DNA of 64,000 nt from NCBI GenBank assembly GCA_028826165.1, contig JAPDFW010000059.1:1550001-1614000 (forward strand), written 5' to 3'. This stretch comes from Anaeramoeba ignava BMAN. Its lineage: Eukaryota; Protista; Anaeramoebae. A program made the translations under genes and the position numbers. The notes beneath the pieces are model-generated. The model had not been told where the DNA came from and did no database searches. It worked only from the letters and a program-made list of their open reading frames with translations. Positions 49,631-62,546 of the stretch are shown piece after piece. Positions within the stretch are counted from its first letter, which is position 1. Every line of letters begins with the position of its first letter.

Positions 49631-52600
49631 ATGAATATTTGGGAAATTATTGAAAAAAATAAAATAGAATTATTAAATAAATTTGAAAATATTTTAGAAA
49701 AAAATTTAGAAAAAAAAGAAAAAATAATTTTAAATTTTGCACTTGAAAAACAATCTTCAAAAGAAATGATTGAACTATTAATTGAAAAAGGATTAAATCC
49801 AAATCTAGTTGATAAATCAAAAAGAAATTCATTACATTGCGCAATTATAAATAAATCATCATTTGAAATCATTAAATTATTAATTGAAAAAGGTGTTGAT
49901 ATAAATGCAAAAACAAATGAAAATAAATCATCTTTACTTTATGCTTTACAATACAAAAATACATTTGAAATCATTAAATTATTAATTGAAAAAGGTGCTG
50001 ATTTAAATTTAAAGATAAATGAAAATACATCAAATTCAAATTCTCGTTCTAAAAATGAATCATTTGAAGATGCTAGTTTTTTACAAAAAACACATTTTAC
50101 AAATAATTCAAATTCAAAAACAAATGAAAATGAATCAATATTACATTATGCTTGTAGATATCAAAATTCAATTGAAATTATTAAATTATTAATTGAAAAA
50201 GGTGTTGATATAAATCTAAAAACAAACCAAAATGAATCAATATTACATTATGCTTGCAGATACCAAAATTCAATTGAAATTATTAAATTATTAATTGAAA
50301 AAGGTGTTGATATAAATCTAAAAACAAACCAAAATGAATCAATATTACATTATGCTTGCAAATACCAAAATTCAATCCAAATTATTAAATTATTAATTGA
50401 AAAAGGTTGTGATATAAATCTAAAAACAAAAAAAAATGAATCAATATTACATTATGCTTGCCAAAATGAAAATAATTCAATCGAAATTATTAAGTATTTA
50501 ACTAAAAAAGATTTAGATTTAAATTTAAACGAAACAACAAATTATAATAAAACACCTTTACATTATGCTTGCCAAAATCAAAAAAATTCAATCGAAATTA
50601 TCAAATATTTAGTTGAAAAAGGTGCTGATATAAATGCTAAAACAAATATAGACAAAACACCTTTACATTTTGCTTGTCAAAATGAAAATAATCCTCTTGA
50701 AATTATCGAATATTTGATTGAAAAAGGCTTATATATAAATGAAAAAACAAATATAGATAAAACACCTTTACATTTTGCTTGTCAAAATCAAAATAATCCA
50801 ATCGAAATTATCAAATATTTAATTGAAAAAGGTGCTGATATAAATGCTAAAACAAATATAGATAAAACACCTTTACATTTTGCTTGTCAAAATGAAAATA
50901 ATAATCTTGAAATTATCAAATATTTAATTGAAAAAGGATTAAATATTAATGCAAAAACAAAACAAAACTTAACACCTTTTCATTATTCTTGTCAATATCA
51001 AAACTCATTTAAGATTATAAAATATTTAGTTGAAAAAGGTTCTGATATAAATGCAAAAACAAATATAAAAGAAAATTCATTACATTTTGCTTGCCAAAAT
51101 GAAAATAATCCACTTGAAATTATCAAATATTTAATTGAAAAAGGATTAAATATAAATGAAAAAACTGATGCAAACCAATTACCATTACATTTTTGCTTGT
51201 ATAAACCAAAATAATCCTTTTGAAATTATCAAGTATTTGATTGAAAAAGGATCAGATATAAATGCAAAAAGTTATGATAATAAAACACCTTTACATTTTG
51301 CTTGTCAATATCAAAACTCATTTAAAATTATCAAATATTTGATTGAAAAAGGATCTGATATAAATTCAAAAACATATGATAATAAAACACCTTTACATTT
51401 TGCTTGCCAAAATGAAAATAATTCAATTAAAATTATCAAATATTTGATTGAAAAAGGATCAGATATAAATTCAAAAACAAATGAAAAAGAAACACCTTTA
51501 CATTATTCCTTTCAATATAAAAATTCTATTGAAATCATTAAATATTTAATTGAAAAAAGTTCAGATATAAATTCAAAAACAAATGAAAAAAAAACAGCTT
51601 TACATTTTGCTTGTCAATATAAAAATTCGATTGAAATTATTAAATTATTAATTGAAAAAGGTTCAGATATTAATACAAAAACAAATGAAAAAAAACAGCT
51701 TTACATTTTGCTTGTCAATATAAAAATTCAATTGAAATTATCAAATATTTGATTGAAAAAGGTTCAGATATAAATACAAAAACAAATGAAAAAAGAATAC
51801 CTTTACATTTTGCTTGTCAATATAAAAATTCAATTGAAGTTATTAAATATTTAATTGAAAAAGGTTCAGATATAAATGCAAAAGCAATTCGAAATGAAAC
51901 ACCTTTAATTTTTGCTTGTCAATATCAAAATTCAATTGATATTATTGAATATTTGATTGAAAAAGGATCGGATTTAAATGCAAAAACCATTAGAAATATA
52001 ACACCATTGCATTTTGTTTGTCGCAATCAAATTTCATTCAAAGCTATTAAATTACTAATTGAAAAAGGATTAGATATAAATTCAAAAACTCGTGAAAATA
52101 AAATACCTTTACATTTTGCTTGTCAATATAAAAAATCAATTGAAGTTATTAAATATTTAATTGAAAAAGGATCAGATATAAATGCAAAAACAATTCGAAA
52201 TGAAACACCATTACATTTTGCTTGTCAATACAAAAAATCAATTGAAGTTATTAAATATTTAATTGAAAAAGGATCAGATATAAATGCAAAAACAATTCGA
52301 AATGAAACACCTTTACATTTTGCATGTTATAATAATTCAACTGAAATTGTTAAATTTTTAATTTCAAAGGGAGTCGATATAAATGCAAAAACAATAGATT
52401 ATAGAACACCTCTTTCTATAACAATTAATACTAATAAAACTGAATTAACTCAAATTTTATTATTAAATGATGCAAATATATTTAATTTGAAAGAAAGAGA
52501 AATTAAGAAAAAATTTATTGATTTATTCTCAAAAATTTATTCAATTAATGAAGATATGGATAATCTATTCCATTTAAATGATTTTTCAGATTTAATAATT

Positions 52601-53326
52601 GAATGCAATGATTTTTCAAAATTATTTGTTCATAAATTAATTTTATTAACAAGATTCAATAATGATAAATCAATTTTACAAAAATTTATCAACATCTGTT
52701 ATCAAAAACCCAAAAAAGTTGTTGAAGATGCTGTTAATTTTCTTTATACAGGATTTGTTAATTTTTCTTATATAAAACAATTATTGAATCAAAAATTAGA
52801 ATTAAAAATTCAAAAATTATTAAAAATACAAAATTCTATAAATAATAAAGAAAAACAAGAACCAATATCAAAAGAAATGAAAACAAAAGAAGAAGAAATT
52901 GAAAATATATTCAAAGAAATTGGATTTGATTCAAATTGGATAAATTCAAAAAAAGGAAGAAAAGGATTATTAAATGATTTAAAATTACTTTATAAACAAG
53001 AAGAAACAAAAGATTTCAAAATAATTTATGAAGAAAATGAAAATGAAAAAGAAATTAAAGTTCATAAATTAATTTTAATTATTAGAAGTGAATTATTTAA
53101 AGGAATGTTTTTAAGTGTTAATGATTCTTCAAATCAAGTTCATGATTATTCAGGAAAATCATTTGAAACTTTAAATCAATTAATTTATTTCTTTTATCAT
53201 GATGAATTTAATGAAAGAAAAGAAATCAATTCAAAAATTATTAAAGAATTTGAAGATGTTAAAGATTATTTTCAATTAAATCAAAATTCTATAATTGATT
53301 TAATTTCTTTTCCAAAAATAAAATAA
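49631..53326 (+). CDS. Ankyrin-repeat + two BTB protein, paralogue of 35743-38823; two frameshifts (error or pseudogene)
   Basis: Three overlapping ORFs continue one ankyrin array. There is an extra T near 51190 (CATTTTTGC vs CATTTTGC in sister repeats) and a missing A near 51690. The BTB tail is nearly identical to the paralogue. Confidence 0.82.
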
Positions 53327-53443
53327 TGAGATTTTATTTTAATTTTATTTATTCAATTCTTTTCCAAAAGAAAAAAGAAAAAAAATTTTTTAAAAAACAA
53401 ATTTTTTTGGATTATGAAATTTGGATTAAAATTTAAATCTTTT

Positions 53444-55421
53444 TCAAATCTTTTCAAATTTAATATTTTCTTGTTCTTTATCTTCTTGAAAAGCAATTTC
53501 AATTATTTCATTTTCACTTAAATTTGGATTTTCAATTAAAAGTACAGAAGGATTAATATCTAATTTTGATTTTGGCTTTTTTTTTAAAATTAAAATTAAA
53601 ATTATTAATTAAAATTAAAATTTAAAATTAAAATTATTTTTTTTTACTAAAGGATTTCCATATTCCCATTTAGATAAATTTGGTGCTTCTAATTCACCTG
53701 AAATAATATCCTAAAAAATACAAATAATAAAATAAATAAAATAATAAAATAAATAATAATTCTTACATCTCCTCCTGTTAATCTTAAATTTGATGGATTT
53801 TCTTGATCAATTTCTTGAATTCTTTGAAAAATTGGATCTAAATTTCTTAATCTAAATATAAATCCAATTCCAACTAACATTAATAATTCTGCTAAAAGTA
53901 ACATTATTTGAGTAATCCAAGGATAAAATAAAAGAAAAGTTATTGTAAAAATTCCCTATAAAAATTAAAAATAAAAATTAAAAATTAAAAATTTAAATTA
54001 AAATTATTTTGTACATTAAATTCAAGGAAAAAAAATCCAAATAATAAATGTTTGAATTTTTTAAAAAGTAAATATTTTGAATAAACAGGAGTTGATAATG
54101 GATCTATTCCTTCATCTCTAATTAAAATTAAATGAATTTTCAAAATTCTTTTATTTGAAGAAATTGCATCAAATGTTGTTCTTAATAAAATATAATAAAA
54201 AACAACACATCCAAATAAATAAAGTATTTCAAATCTTGATGAAACAATTTTTAAAAGTTGAAGAATAATAACTAAAAATCCTATTAATCCATTTATTATT
54301 TTCCTATCTGATGGATTTAATGTTTCAAATGTTATACACCATCCTTTAGCAATAAGTATAATTGTTACAAAGAAAAAGAATTGTGAAAGAACTTCTACAG
54401 TTGATATTAATAATTGGAAATTTGTTTCAATTTTTCCTAAAATTATTTACAAAAATTAAAATTCATTTATAAAATTAAAATTAAAATTAAAAATTAAAAT
54501 TATAACTATTATTAAATAAATACCATATTTTGATAAAGTTCTCCAATAATTAAGATTAAATGCTAAATTTATTACTTGTAAAAAAAACATTGTAGTTATT
54601 ACAGAATGAAGTGGAATTTTTTGTTTTTTATGTTTAATCCAATTAAAAATCCAAGCAATAAAAAGAATTAATGAAATGAATAATGAAACCAAATAAATTT
54701 TTGGAAATAAAACATAATCTGAACTAAGATGTTGTCCATTTGGATTCATTAAAGTAAAATCAAACTAAATAATAATAATATTATTATTAATATTTAAAAT
54801 TTAATTTAAAATTTAATTTAAAATTTAATTTAAAATTTAATTTAAAATAATAATAATAATACTTGAAAATTTGTTTCATCTTTTGCACAATTTGTTATAA
54901 AAAAGAAATAATGATCTTTATTTGGAATTATTGTAAAATTTGTAAAAGTATCATTAAAAGGAATATCAAGATAACAACCAAGTATATTTCCACTTTCACC
55001 ATTATTATTATTATTACTACAAAAATCATCTTCAGAAAGTTGACCAAGCTTTTTAAAAAAATAATTTTAATAATTTTAATAATTTAAATTTTTTTTCTAA
55101 ATTTTTAAATTAATTTTTTTACATTTTTTAATAATGAAAATGGACAAACAACATAATGACTTTCTGATTTTGTTGGCTTTTTTTTTTAGAAAATTATTTA
55201 TTAGAAAATTAAAATATTTTTTATTTTTATTAAAATTAAATAAAACGTTTTACAGATTTTGATATTGTCATGTTTATTGTTCCATTTTCATAAAAACCAA
55301 AAATATAAAATTGTAAAACTTTTTGATTCATTTCTATTGAAAAATCTTCTACCATTCCTTCTGTAAATTTAAAAAAAATAAATAATAAAAATAAATTTAA
55401 TAAAATTTTATTATTTATCAT
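53444..55421 (-). CDS. GPR107/GPR108-like (GOST / lung 7TM family) multi-exon membrane protein
   Basis: Signal peptide, FGFYENG, NPNGQHLSSDYVLFPKIY before TM1, IPLHSVI, LIAKGWCI, several TM exons, IGFIFRLR; GT-AG introns keep frame. Confidence 0.72.
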
Positions 55422-55675
55422 ATTAAAAAAAAAAACAAATTAAAAAAAATGAAAAAAATGAAAAAAATGAAAAATATTTTTTAAATTAAAAAAAAACAAA
55501 TTAAACAAAAAGAAAAAGAAAAAAATGTCAAATTGAATTAGATTTAAATTATAAATTAAAATTAAAATTAAATTTTTTCATTTTTTCATTTTTCATTTTT
55601 CATTTTTTAAAAAAAACAGAAAACAAATTATTAATAATAAATAATTATAAATTATTAAAATTAATTATAATTATC

Positions 55676-57828
55676 ATGACACTTTCATCTAAAAGTAAAA
55701 AAAAAAAGCAAAAAATAAAATAAAACAACAAAAAGCAAAAAAAAAAAATTAAATTAAAATAAACAATAAATAATAAACAATTAATAATAAAAAGTTAAAG
55801 AAAAACTTCAACAATCATTTGAATCAGATAAAACAAGAGCAATTATAATTGGATTTGAACAAGAAAATGAATTAGAAGCAATATATGTTATGGATGATTC
55901 ATTAAGCACAACATCAAATTCAGATTTTGAAAAAATTAAAAAAGAATTAAAAGCAGATGAACCTAATTATATTTTATATAAATTAAAAGATTCACCAAGA
56001 AATCATCCAAAATGGTTATTAATTAATTTTGTTCCTGATGATGCTAAAGTTCGTGAAAAAATGACTTATTCATCTTCTACAAATATTTTAAAAAATTTTG
56101 TTGGAAAACTTCTTACAGATACTTGGCAAGTTTCTGATATTGTATACTTTATTATTCCTTAATTAAATTAAAAATTAAATATTAAATAATAAATATTAAA
56201 TATTAAATATTAAATATTAAATATTAAATATTAAATATTAAAAATTAAATATTAAATATTAAATATTAAAAATTAAATATTAAATAATAAATAATAAATA
56301 TTAAATAATAAATATTAAATAATAAAAATTAAATAATAAATATTAAATATTAAATAATAAATATTAAATATTAAATAATAAATAATAAATATTAAATATT
56401 AAATAATAAATATTAAATAATAAATATTAAATATTAAATAATAAATATTAAATATTAAATATTAAATTAAATATTAAATATTAAATAATAAAAATTAAAT
56501 ATTAAATATTAAATTAAATATTAAATTAAATATTAAATATAAAAATTAAATAATAAATATTAAATATTAAATATTAAATATTAAATATTAAATTAAATGA
56601 AATGAAATGAAATGAAATGAAAAAGAAAGTATTTTCTTGGAATGATTATCAACAAAGTAAAGATAAATCATTTAAACCATGGAGTAGAGGAGAAATATTA
56701 AGATTTAAAGCAAGAGAAATGGAAGATACAGCAAGATTTGAAATGGAAACACAACAATCTTTAACTAAAAAAATAGGAGGATATCATTCAGTTGAAATTC
56801 CATTTAATAATGAAGTAGAAAATTCAATAAAAGAATTTATTAATGGAGAATTTAATTGGATTGAACTTCAAATATCTCAAAATAAAAAAGAAATTATAAT
56901 TGGATCAAAGAAAAGACTTCAAAGAGGATCACCAGAAGATATTAAAGAATATATTGATAAAGATCAACCTCGTTTTTATCTTCATCAAGATAGAACAGTA
57001 ACACGTAAATAATAATTTTTTATCCGATTTTAAAAATAATTTTAATTTCAAAATGATTTTTAATTTCAATTTTAAATTGAATTTTAATTTCAAAATAAAT
57101 TTTATCCGATTTTAAATTTTTAATTTCAAAATGAATTTTAATTTCAAATTTAATTTTAATTTCAAAATTGAATTTAATTTCAAAATGAATTTTAATTTCA
57201 AAATTAATTTTAATTTTAAAATGAATTTCAAAATGAATTTTAATTTCAAATTTTAGATTTCATTTATTCATGTCCACCAAATTCACCAATTCAACTTAGA
57301 ATGGTTTATTCAACAGCAAAACCAGGAATAACATCACAATCAGCAAGATTAGGATTAACAATAAACAGAAAACATGAAATAATTGATTTAGATGATTTAA
57401 TGAGTTCATATTCAAGAAGAAGAAGTTGGCCAGGAAAAGAAGCAAATACATTTTCACAATTTGGATATCAAACAAGAAGAACAACTAATTTTTACAATCC
57501 ACAACAAAATTTAAGAAAAACTACATGGAGATCATCAACAGGAAATGAACCAAAATTTCCAAAACCAAGAACAAATGTATCAAGAACTGGATTAGCTTTT
57601 TCAGGAATAAATCAAACAGTTTCATCACCACCAAGAACAAGAGTTAATCAAAATTCAAATACTAGTTATTCACCTCCTTCTTATCGTTCACAAAATCAAA
57701 ATACTAGATTTCCAAGAGCTCGTAAAACTGCACAATTACCTGGTTATGTTTCTTGGTCTAGTGCTATTAAAAGTAATGCTGAAGTTAAAAAAAATATTGT
57801 TGTTGCTCCAAGAGGTGGTTACAATTAA
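55676..57828 (+). CDS. TWF: Twinfilin-like protein (two ADF-H domains plus long basic/Pro-rich tail)
   Basis: EPNYILY..KWLLINFVPDDAKVREKMTYSSS (ADF-H 1); NWIELQI..DQPRFY..FIYSCPPNSPIQLRMVYSTAK (ADF-H 2); 4 exons. Confidence 0.8.
56160..56620. repeat. (TTAAATA)n repeat in twinfilin intron 56142-56625
   Basis: Directly visible. Confidence 0.9.
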
Positions 57829-58096
57829 TTGAAATTTCTTTTTCTTTTTCTTTTTCTTTTTGAAACAAACAAATTCCAAAAAAAAAAAATTTTTTTTTCT
57901 TTCAAATTCCACTTTTTTTTTTTGCTTTTTTTTTTTTAAATAAAAAAAATAATTGAAATATCCGTTAATTTTATTTTTATTTTTAATTTTATTTATTTTT
58001 TATTTTAATTGATTCGTTAAAAATTCTTTTTTTTTTCTTTCATTTTTTTTTCTTTTCAAATTCATTTTTTATTTTAATTCTATTTTTCTTTTTTAA

Positions 58097-59351
58097 ATGA
58101 TTTCTTCTCCTTATAAATTAACTGATTCTGCAAATTCAACTCCTTTTCTTCCCAAACAAAAATCAAGATTAAGAAAAAAATCCAAAACTCAAAGAACATT
58201 TTCAACAAGAGATCAAAACAATTCTAAAAAATCAAAAGAATCAGAAAACTCAACACCAAATTCAGTCAAGAAAAGAAGAAAAAGTAAAATAAATAAAACA
58301 CTTTCTCATCATCCACTTCGTTCTTCACAAAAAGTAGAAAAGAATAATTCCAAAATTGAAAAAGAAAACCAAAATGAATCAACAATTCAAATTGAAGAAT
58401 CACAAATTTTACCTCAAGAAAAAGAATTAATCCAACATGTAATCATTTCTTTCTCATTTATATTTATTTTGATTTTTGATTTTTTTTCTCATTCATGTTA
58501 TTGATTTTTTTTAGCTTCAAAAACAAATCAAATTTCTTGAAGAACAATATAACGAAATCAGAGATATGAAACTTGGAGAATTTGAGAAAATATATTCTCA
58601 TTTACAAGAAAACTATGTTCAAAAAGAAAAGAAAGCTAATCAAATTTTAGAACAAAAAAATGAAGAAAATTCCACTTTACAAAAACAAATAGATGAACTA
58701 ACAAAAATGAATCAAGAAGAAATCCATAAATCAACTCAAAATCAGGATAAAATTTATTCTCTTCAAAAAACAATTGAAGAATTACAACAACGATTAACAG
58801 AAAAGCAAAATCATGAAGAAAAACTTGAGCAACAAAACCAAGAACATCAAAAATTACTTTCGGATTTCCAAGCACTTTCTCAAATTAAAGAAATTACTAC
58901 ACAAAATTTACAACAAAACCCAAAATCAACCGAAAGTTTTGAAGCTCTTGAAGATGAAATTCAAATTAATACTTTTTATCAAATTTTCAGTGGAGTTCAA
59001 GTTAAATTTACAGGAAGTGTTGATGAACAAAAATTTTCATGTTCATGTTCAAATCATGAAAAAACTCGAATTCTTGATTTTGATTTGATTCTTACTCAAG
59101 ATATTAATGAAGATGAATTTGATATTGAATATGAACCAAAATTTATTAAGTTTGATAATTTTAGTTCAAATTTTGATGATGATTCAACTATTTCTCAACT
59201 TAAAATCCCAGAATATTTAAAAGAACCAATTTGTTTTGATAAATTTCAAGCACCAATTTTTTTAACAAAAATTCTTTCCTTTTTATTTACTTCTCCTTCT
59301 CCAAATTCAGATGAAATTGATGAAACAAGTCAAGAAGAAAATCAAGATTAA
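58097..59351 (+). CDS. Csm1/Pcs1 (monopolin)-like protein: coiled coil plus C-terminal RWD-like domain
   Basis: Intron 58439-58514. Coiled coil followed by FYQIFSGVQV..FSC..LDFDL..IEYEP..IPEYLKEPICF..APIFLTKI, resembling the Csm1 C-terminal domain pattern from memory. Confidence 0.6.
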
Positions 59352-59534
59352 AGAAATTTCTTTTTAAATCAATTTACTTTCTTTTCTTTTTCTTTTTCTT
59401 TTTGTGTATTTAAATCAAAATTCCAAATTAAAATCAAATCAAAAATAAAAATTATTTCTCATATTTTCTTTCTGATTTTAATTTTGATTTCCAAAAAAAA
59501 AAGAAAAGTTAAAGAAAAATTATTCCTTTCTTCT

Positions 59535-62500
59535 TTAAAAATGTTGACTTAATTTTGTAATTAACTTTTCTGAAAAATGATGTTCTTTTGCTAAATCAAC
59601 TGAAGATTTATTCTAAAAAGATTATTTAAATTAAAAATATAAATTAAATTTTAAAAACAAAAAATTTTACTTGCTATTTTATTTATGTTTTTTTTTTCTT
59701 TTCAAATTAATTTATAATCTAAAAATTATAATTCTTTTATTATTTACATTCTATATTATTATTATTATTATTTTTTTCAATTTAAAACAAAAATGAAGAA
59801 TAAAATAATTTTATTTTCTTTAATGAAAAACCAATTTACATTCAAAATTGATGGATTTGCTCCATATCTTAAAAGTAAATCAATTAATTTCTCATTTTGA
59901 TGAAATGTTGAAACTATTTGTAAAGGTGTTTCTCCCTATTTTTTTTAAAAAAAAAACCAAATGAATTTATTCAATTTCCTTTTGATTTTTTCCATTTCAA
60001 AATTTAAAATGAATCACATTCTAAACATATTAAAATAATAATTAAATTCAAAAATGAATTTTTAATCCAAAATTTTTTAAAAACTACAATCTAATATTTT
60101 TTGAACCATTTTAAAGAAAAGAAAGGAAAATTATTTAATTTTTATTTTCAAAATTTCTAATAAAATTTCTTTTTTATTTAACTGCTTGTGCATTAATTTC
60201 TGCTCCATTTTGTAATAATAACTCAGTTAATTCAAAATTAGCAGAAAAACAAGTTAAATGAAGTGGAGTAAAATTCTAAAAAAAAAACAAATCAAAATAA
60301 ATCAAAAATTCAAATTAAAATCCAAATTAAATCACTTACAACCTAAAACAAAAAAAAGAAATCAATTATTTTAATTAATTCATTTTTCTTTTTAAATTAA
60401 ATCTTTTTACTTTCTAAAAATTTATTAGAGTTTATTCAAATAAAATATAAGAAAACATCCAATATTTTTGTTTTACATTTCTTGAATTCACATTAGCTCC
60501 AGCTAAAATTAACAACTGCACAAATTTCAATTCATAATTTTTTGAGCATGCTATATGTAAGGGAGTTTCTTCCTAAATTTTGATTATATATTTTTAGCAT
60601 TTTATTCCAATTATTTAATAATAAAAATTTATCAAGGTTATTTTTTGATAAAATTACATTCTAATTTTTTAATTTCAAAGAAATTGTTGATTTTGTATAA
60701 ATTTTCTTTTTTTTTATCAATAAAATTACTTCCTATTAAAAATCAAAACAACAAATTTTTTTAAAAAAAAGAAATTTACACAAAATAAAACATGATAATT
60801 GAATAATTTACAACATATCCATTAATTTCGATTCCATTTTCTAAAGCTGTTAAAAATTCTCTCCAATCAGGATTTTTCACTAACAATTTCTCCCAAGTCT
60901 ATTTGGAAAGCATTAAATTAAATTAAATTAAATTTAAATTAAATTAAATTTTTGATTGTTTTGAATATATTTTTTACTGTTGAAGTTTTTTTTTTCAATT
61001 TTGTTTTTTCTTCTGTTTTGTTCATTTCTTTTATGAATTTTTGGTATAAATTTTTTTGGTTTTGCTTGAAGTTGCGGGACAAAATATCGTAAATACTTGT
61101 TGAAATTTTCAATGTCTCTCCTTGATTTTTGAGGGATAAAGTAATGAAATCTGATGCACCAATTTCAATGGCCAGTTTCAGATATTCTTTTATTGGAATT
61201 TTTTGGGGATCATCATTTGAATCAAAAATTTTCATATTTTCTGATTCCTTATAAACTCCAACAAGTAATTTTTTGGAGGCTGGGGAGTAAGAAATAATTT
61301 CCTCATTCCATTTATCTTTGATGTTTTGGAATTGCTGTTTGTTATCAAGGAAAAAGCAAAGCAAGAAAATGTCTGTGTGAAAATAAGCAATTTTTTTGGC
61401 ATATTCTGAAAACGATCTTTGGATTATATTCCAAAAAGTAAGTTGTAAGGATCTGTTATTAACATGAATTTCTAAATTGACACCATCATTTTCTGGGATA
61501 TATTTCTCGTCTTTATTCATTAATCTATTCAAATCCACAAATAATTGATTGCTTAAGTTGATATCTTCACTGATTACAACAATTTTATGAGCTTCAGATT
61601 TATTTTCTGTTTTTCCTACGTTTAAATTAGATTTTTCTAATAAATCGGAATAAAGATCTTTTTCAATATCATTAATGACTAGCTCGTTATTCATAATTTC
61701 TTGATTCGAATTAATCACATAGGGATATTGAGTTTGTTGGATTTCCTTTTCAATTATTTCATCCATACTTGAATCGAAGTTTTTAATCCATTCATTTTTT
61801 TTGGATTGATAAAAGTTTGATAAACATTGATCAATTGAATCAAATATTAAATTGATATCATTTACATCGCAAGGAGTTTGTTGTAAAATAATAAAGTCTT
61901 TGGGGAAATTAGAATAAAGGTTGCTCGTTTCTATGACTTTTTGATTATTATTGTTATTATCGTTTTCATCAAAATCATCATCACTATATTCTTCTTTATT
62001 ACTATCACAAAAATCATCGTAAGAATTTTCATCATCTTCGTCGTTATCATCGTTATAATTATTCTTTTTTTTATTCTCGTCATTTTTATTATTATTATTA
62101 TATGCATATGCGTTTATATTTGTGACATTTTCTTCAATTTTTTCTTTTTTTTCAAACATTAAAGGTATTAAAAATATTTTTGCATCTTTTGAATAATTTC
62201 GAATTTTTTGTTCCATTTCTTTGTCCATAACAAATGCATCTTCAATCAAAATAATAACTTGATCTATGTTTTTGTTGTTTTGATTTTGATTTTCATTTTC
62301 ATTTTCATTTTGATTTTCATTTAAAAAAATTTCTGAAAGATTTGAAAGTAAATTTTTTTTCATTTGGAAATAAATTTGTTGTTCATTGAAAATCATTCTT
62401 GTTGTAAATAAATCGAATTCAATTTCTTTTTGTGAATCAATTTCTTGTTCCAAAAGTTTGGCAAAATAACCTTTTATTATTTTTTTTTGATTTACTTTAT

Positions 62501-62546
62501 CATCGATTAAAAAAGAGATATTAAAGTTTGTTAAAAAGAAAGACAT
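59535..62546 (-). CDS. Pseudo-Rho GTPase domain + C-terminal ankyrin repeats, 14 exons including eight 3-nt exons (about 680 aa)
   Basis: Exons 62546-60978, 60898-60812, 60732-60730, 60660-60658, 60572-60477, 60413-60411, 60342-60340, 60275-60183, 60090-60088, 60020-60018, 59935-59840, 59750-59748, 59673-59671 and 59612-59535. All introns are GT-AG, phase 0, 58-92 nt. Product ends GYV-E-N-EETPLH..SRN-K-V-NFTPLH..AQA-I-N-GETPLQ..ILN-N-Q-NKSSVDLA..stop. Confidence 0.82.
59671..60732 (-). other. Array of eight single-codon (3-nt) microexons in four pairs
   Basis: Minus strand reads TAG|GAA|GTAATT, TAG|AAT|GTAATT, TAG|AAA|GTAAAA, TAG|GTT|GTAAGT, TAG|ATT|GTAGTT, TAG|AAT|GTGATT, TAG|AAT|GTAAAT and TAG|CAA|GTAAAA. 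Confidence 0.82.

Noticed and set aside
51156-51752. Programmed frameshifting in the ankyrin-BTB gene
   Set aside because: One +1 and one -1 indel, both in homopolymers and both differing from sister repeats; sequencing error or decay is simpler.
59613-60811. Microexon pairs as mutually exclusive alternatives
   Set aside because: Repeat length requires both codons (31+2=33 aa), so joint inclusion is the likelier default; skipping remains testable.
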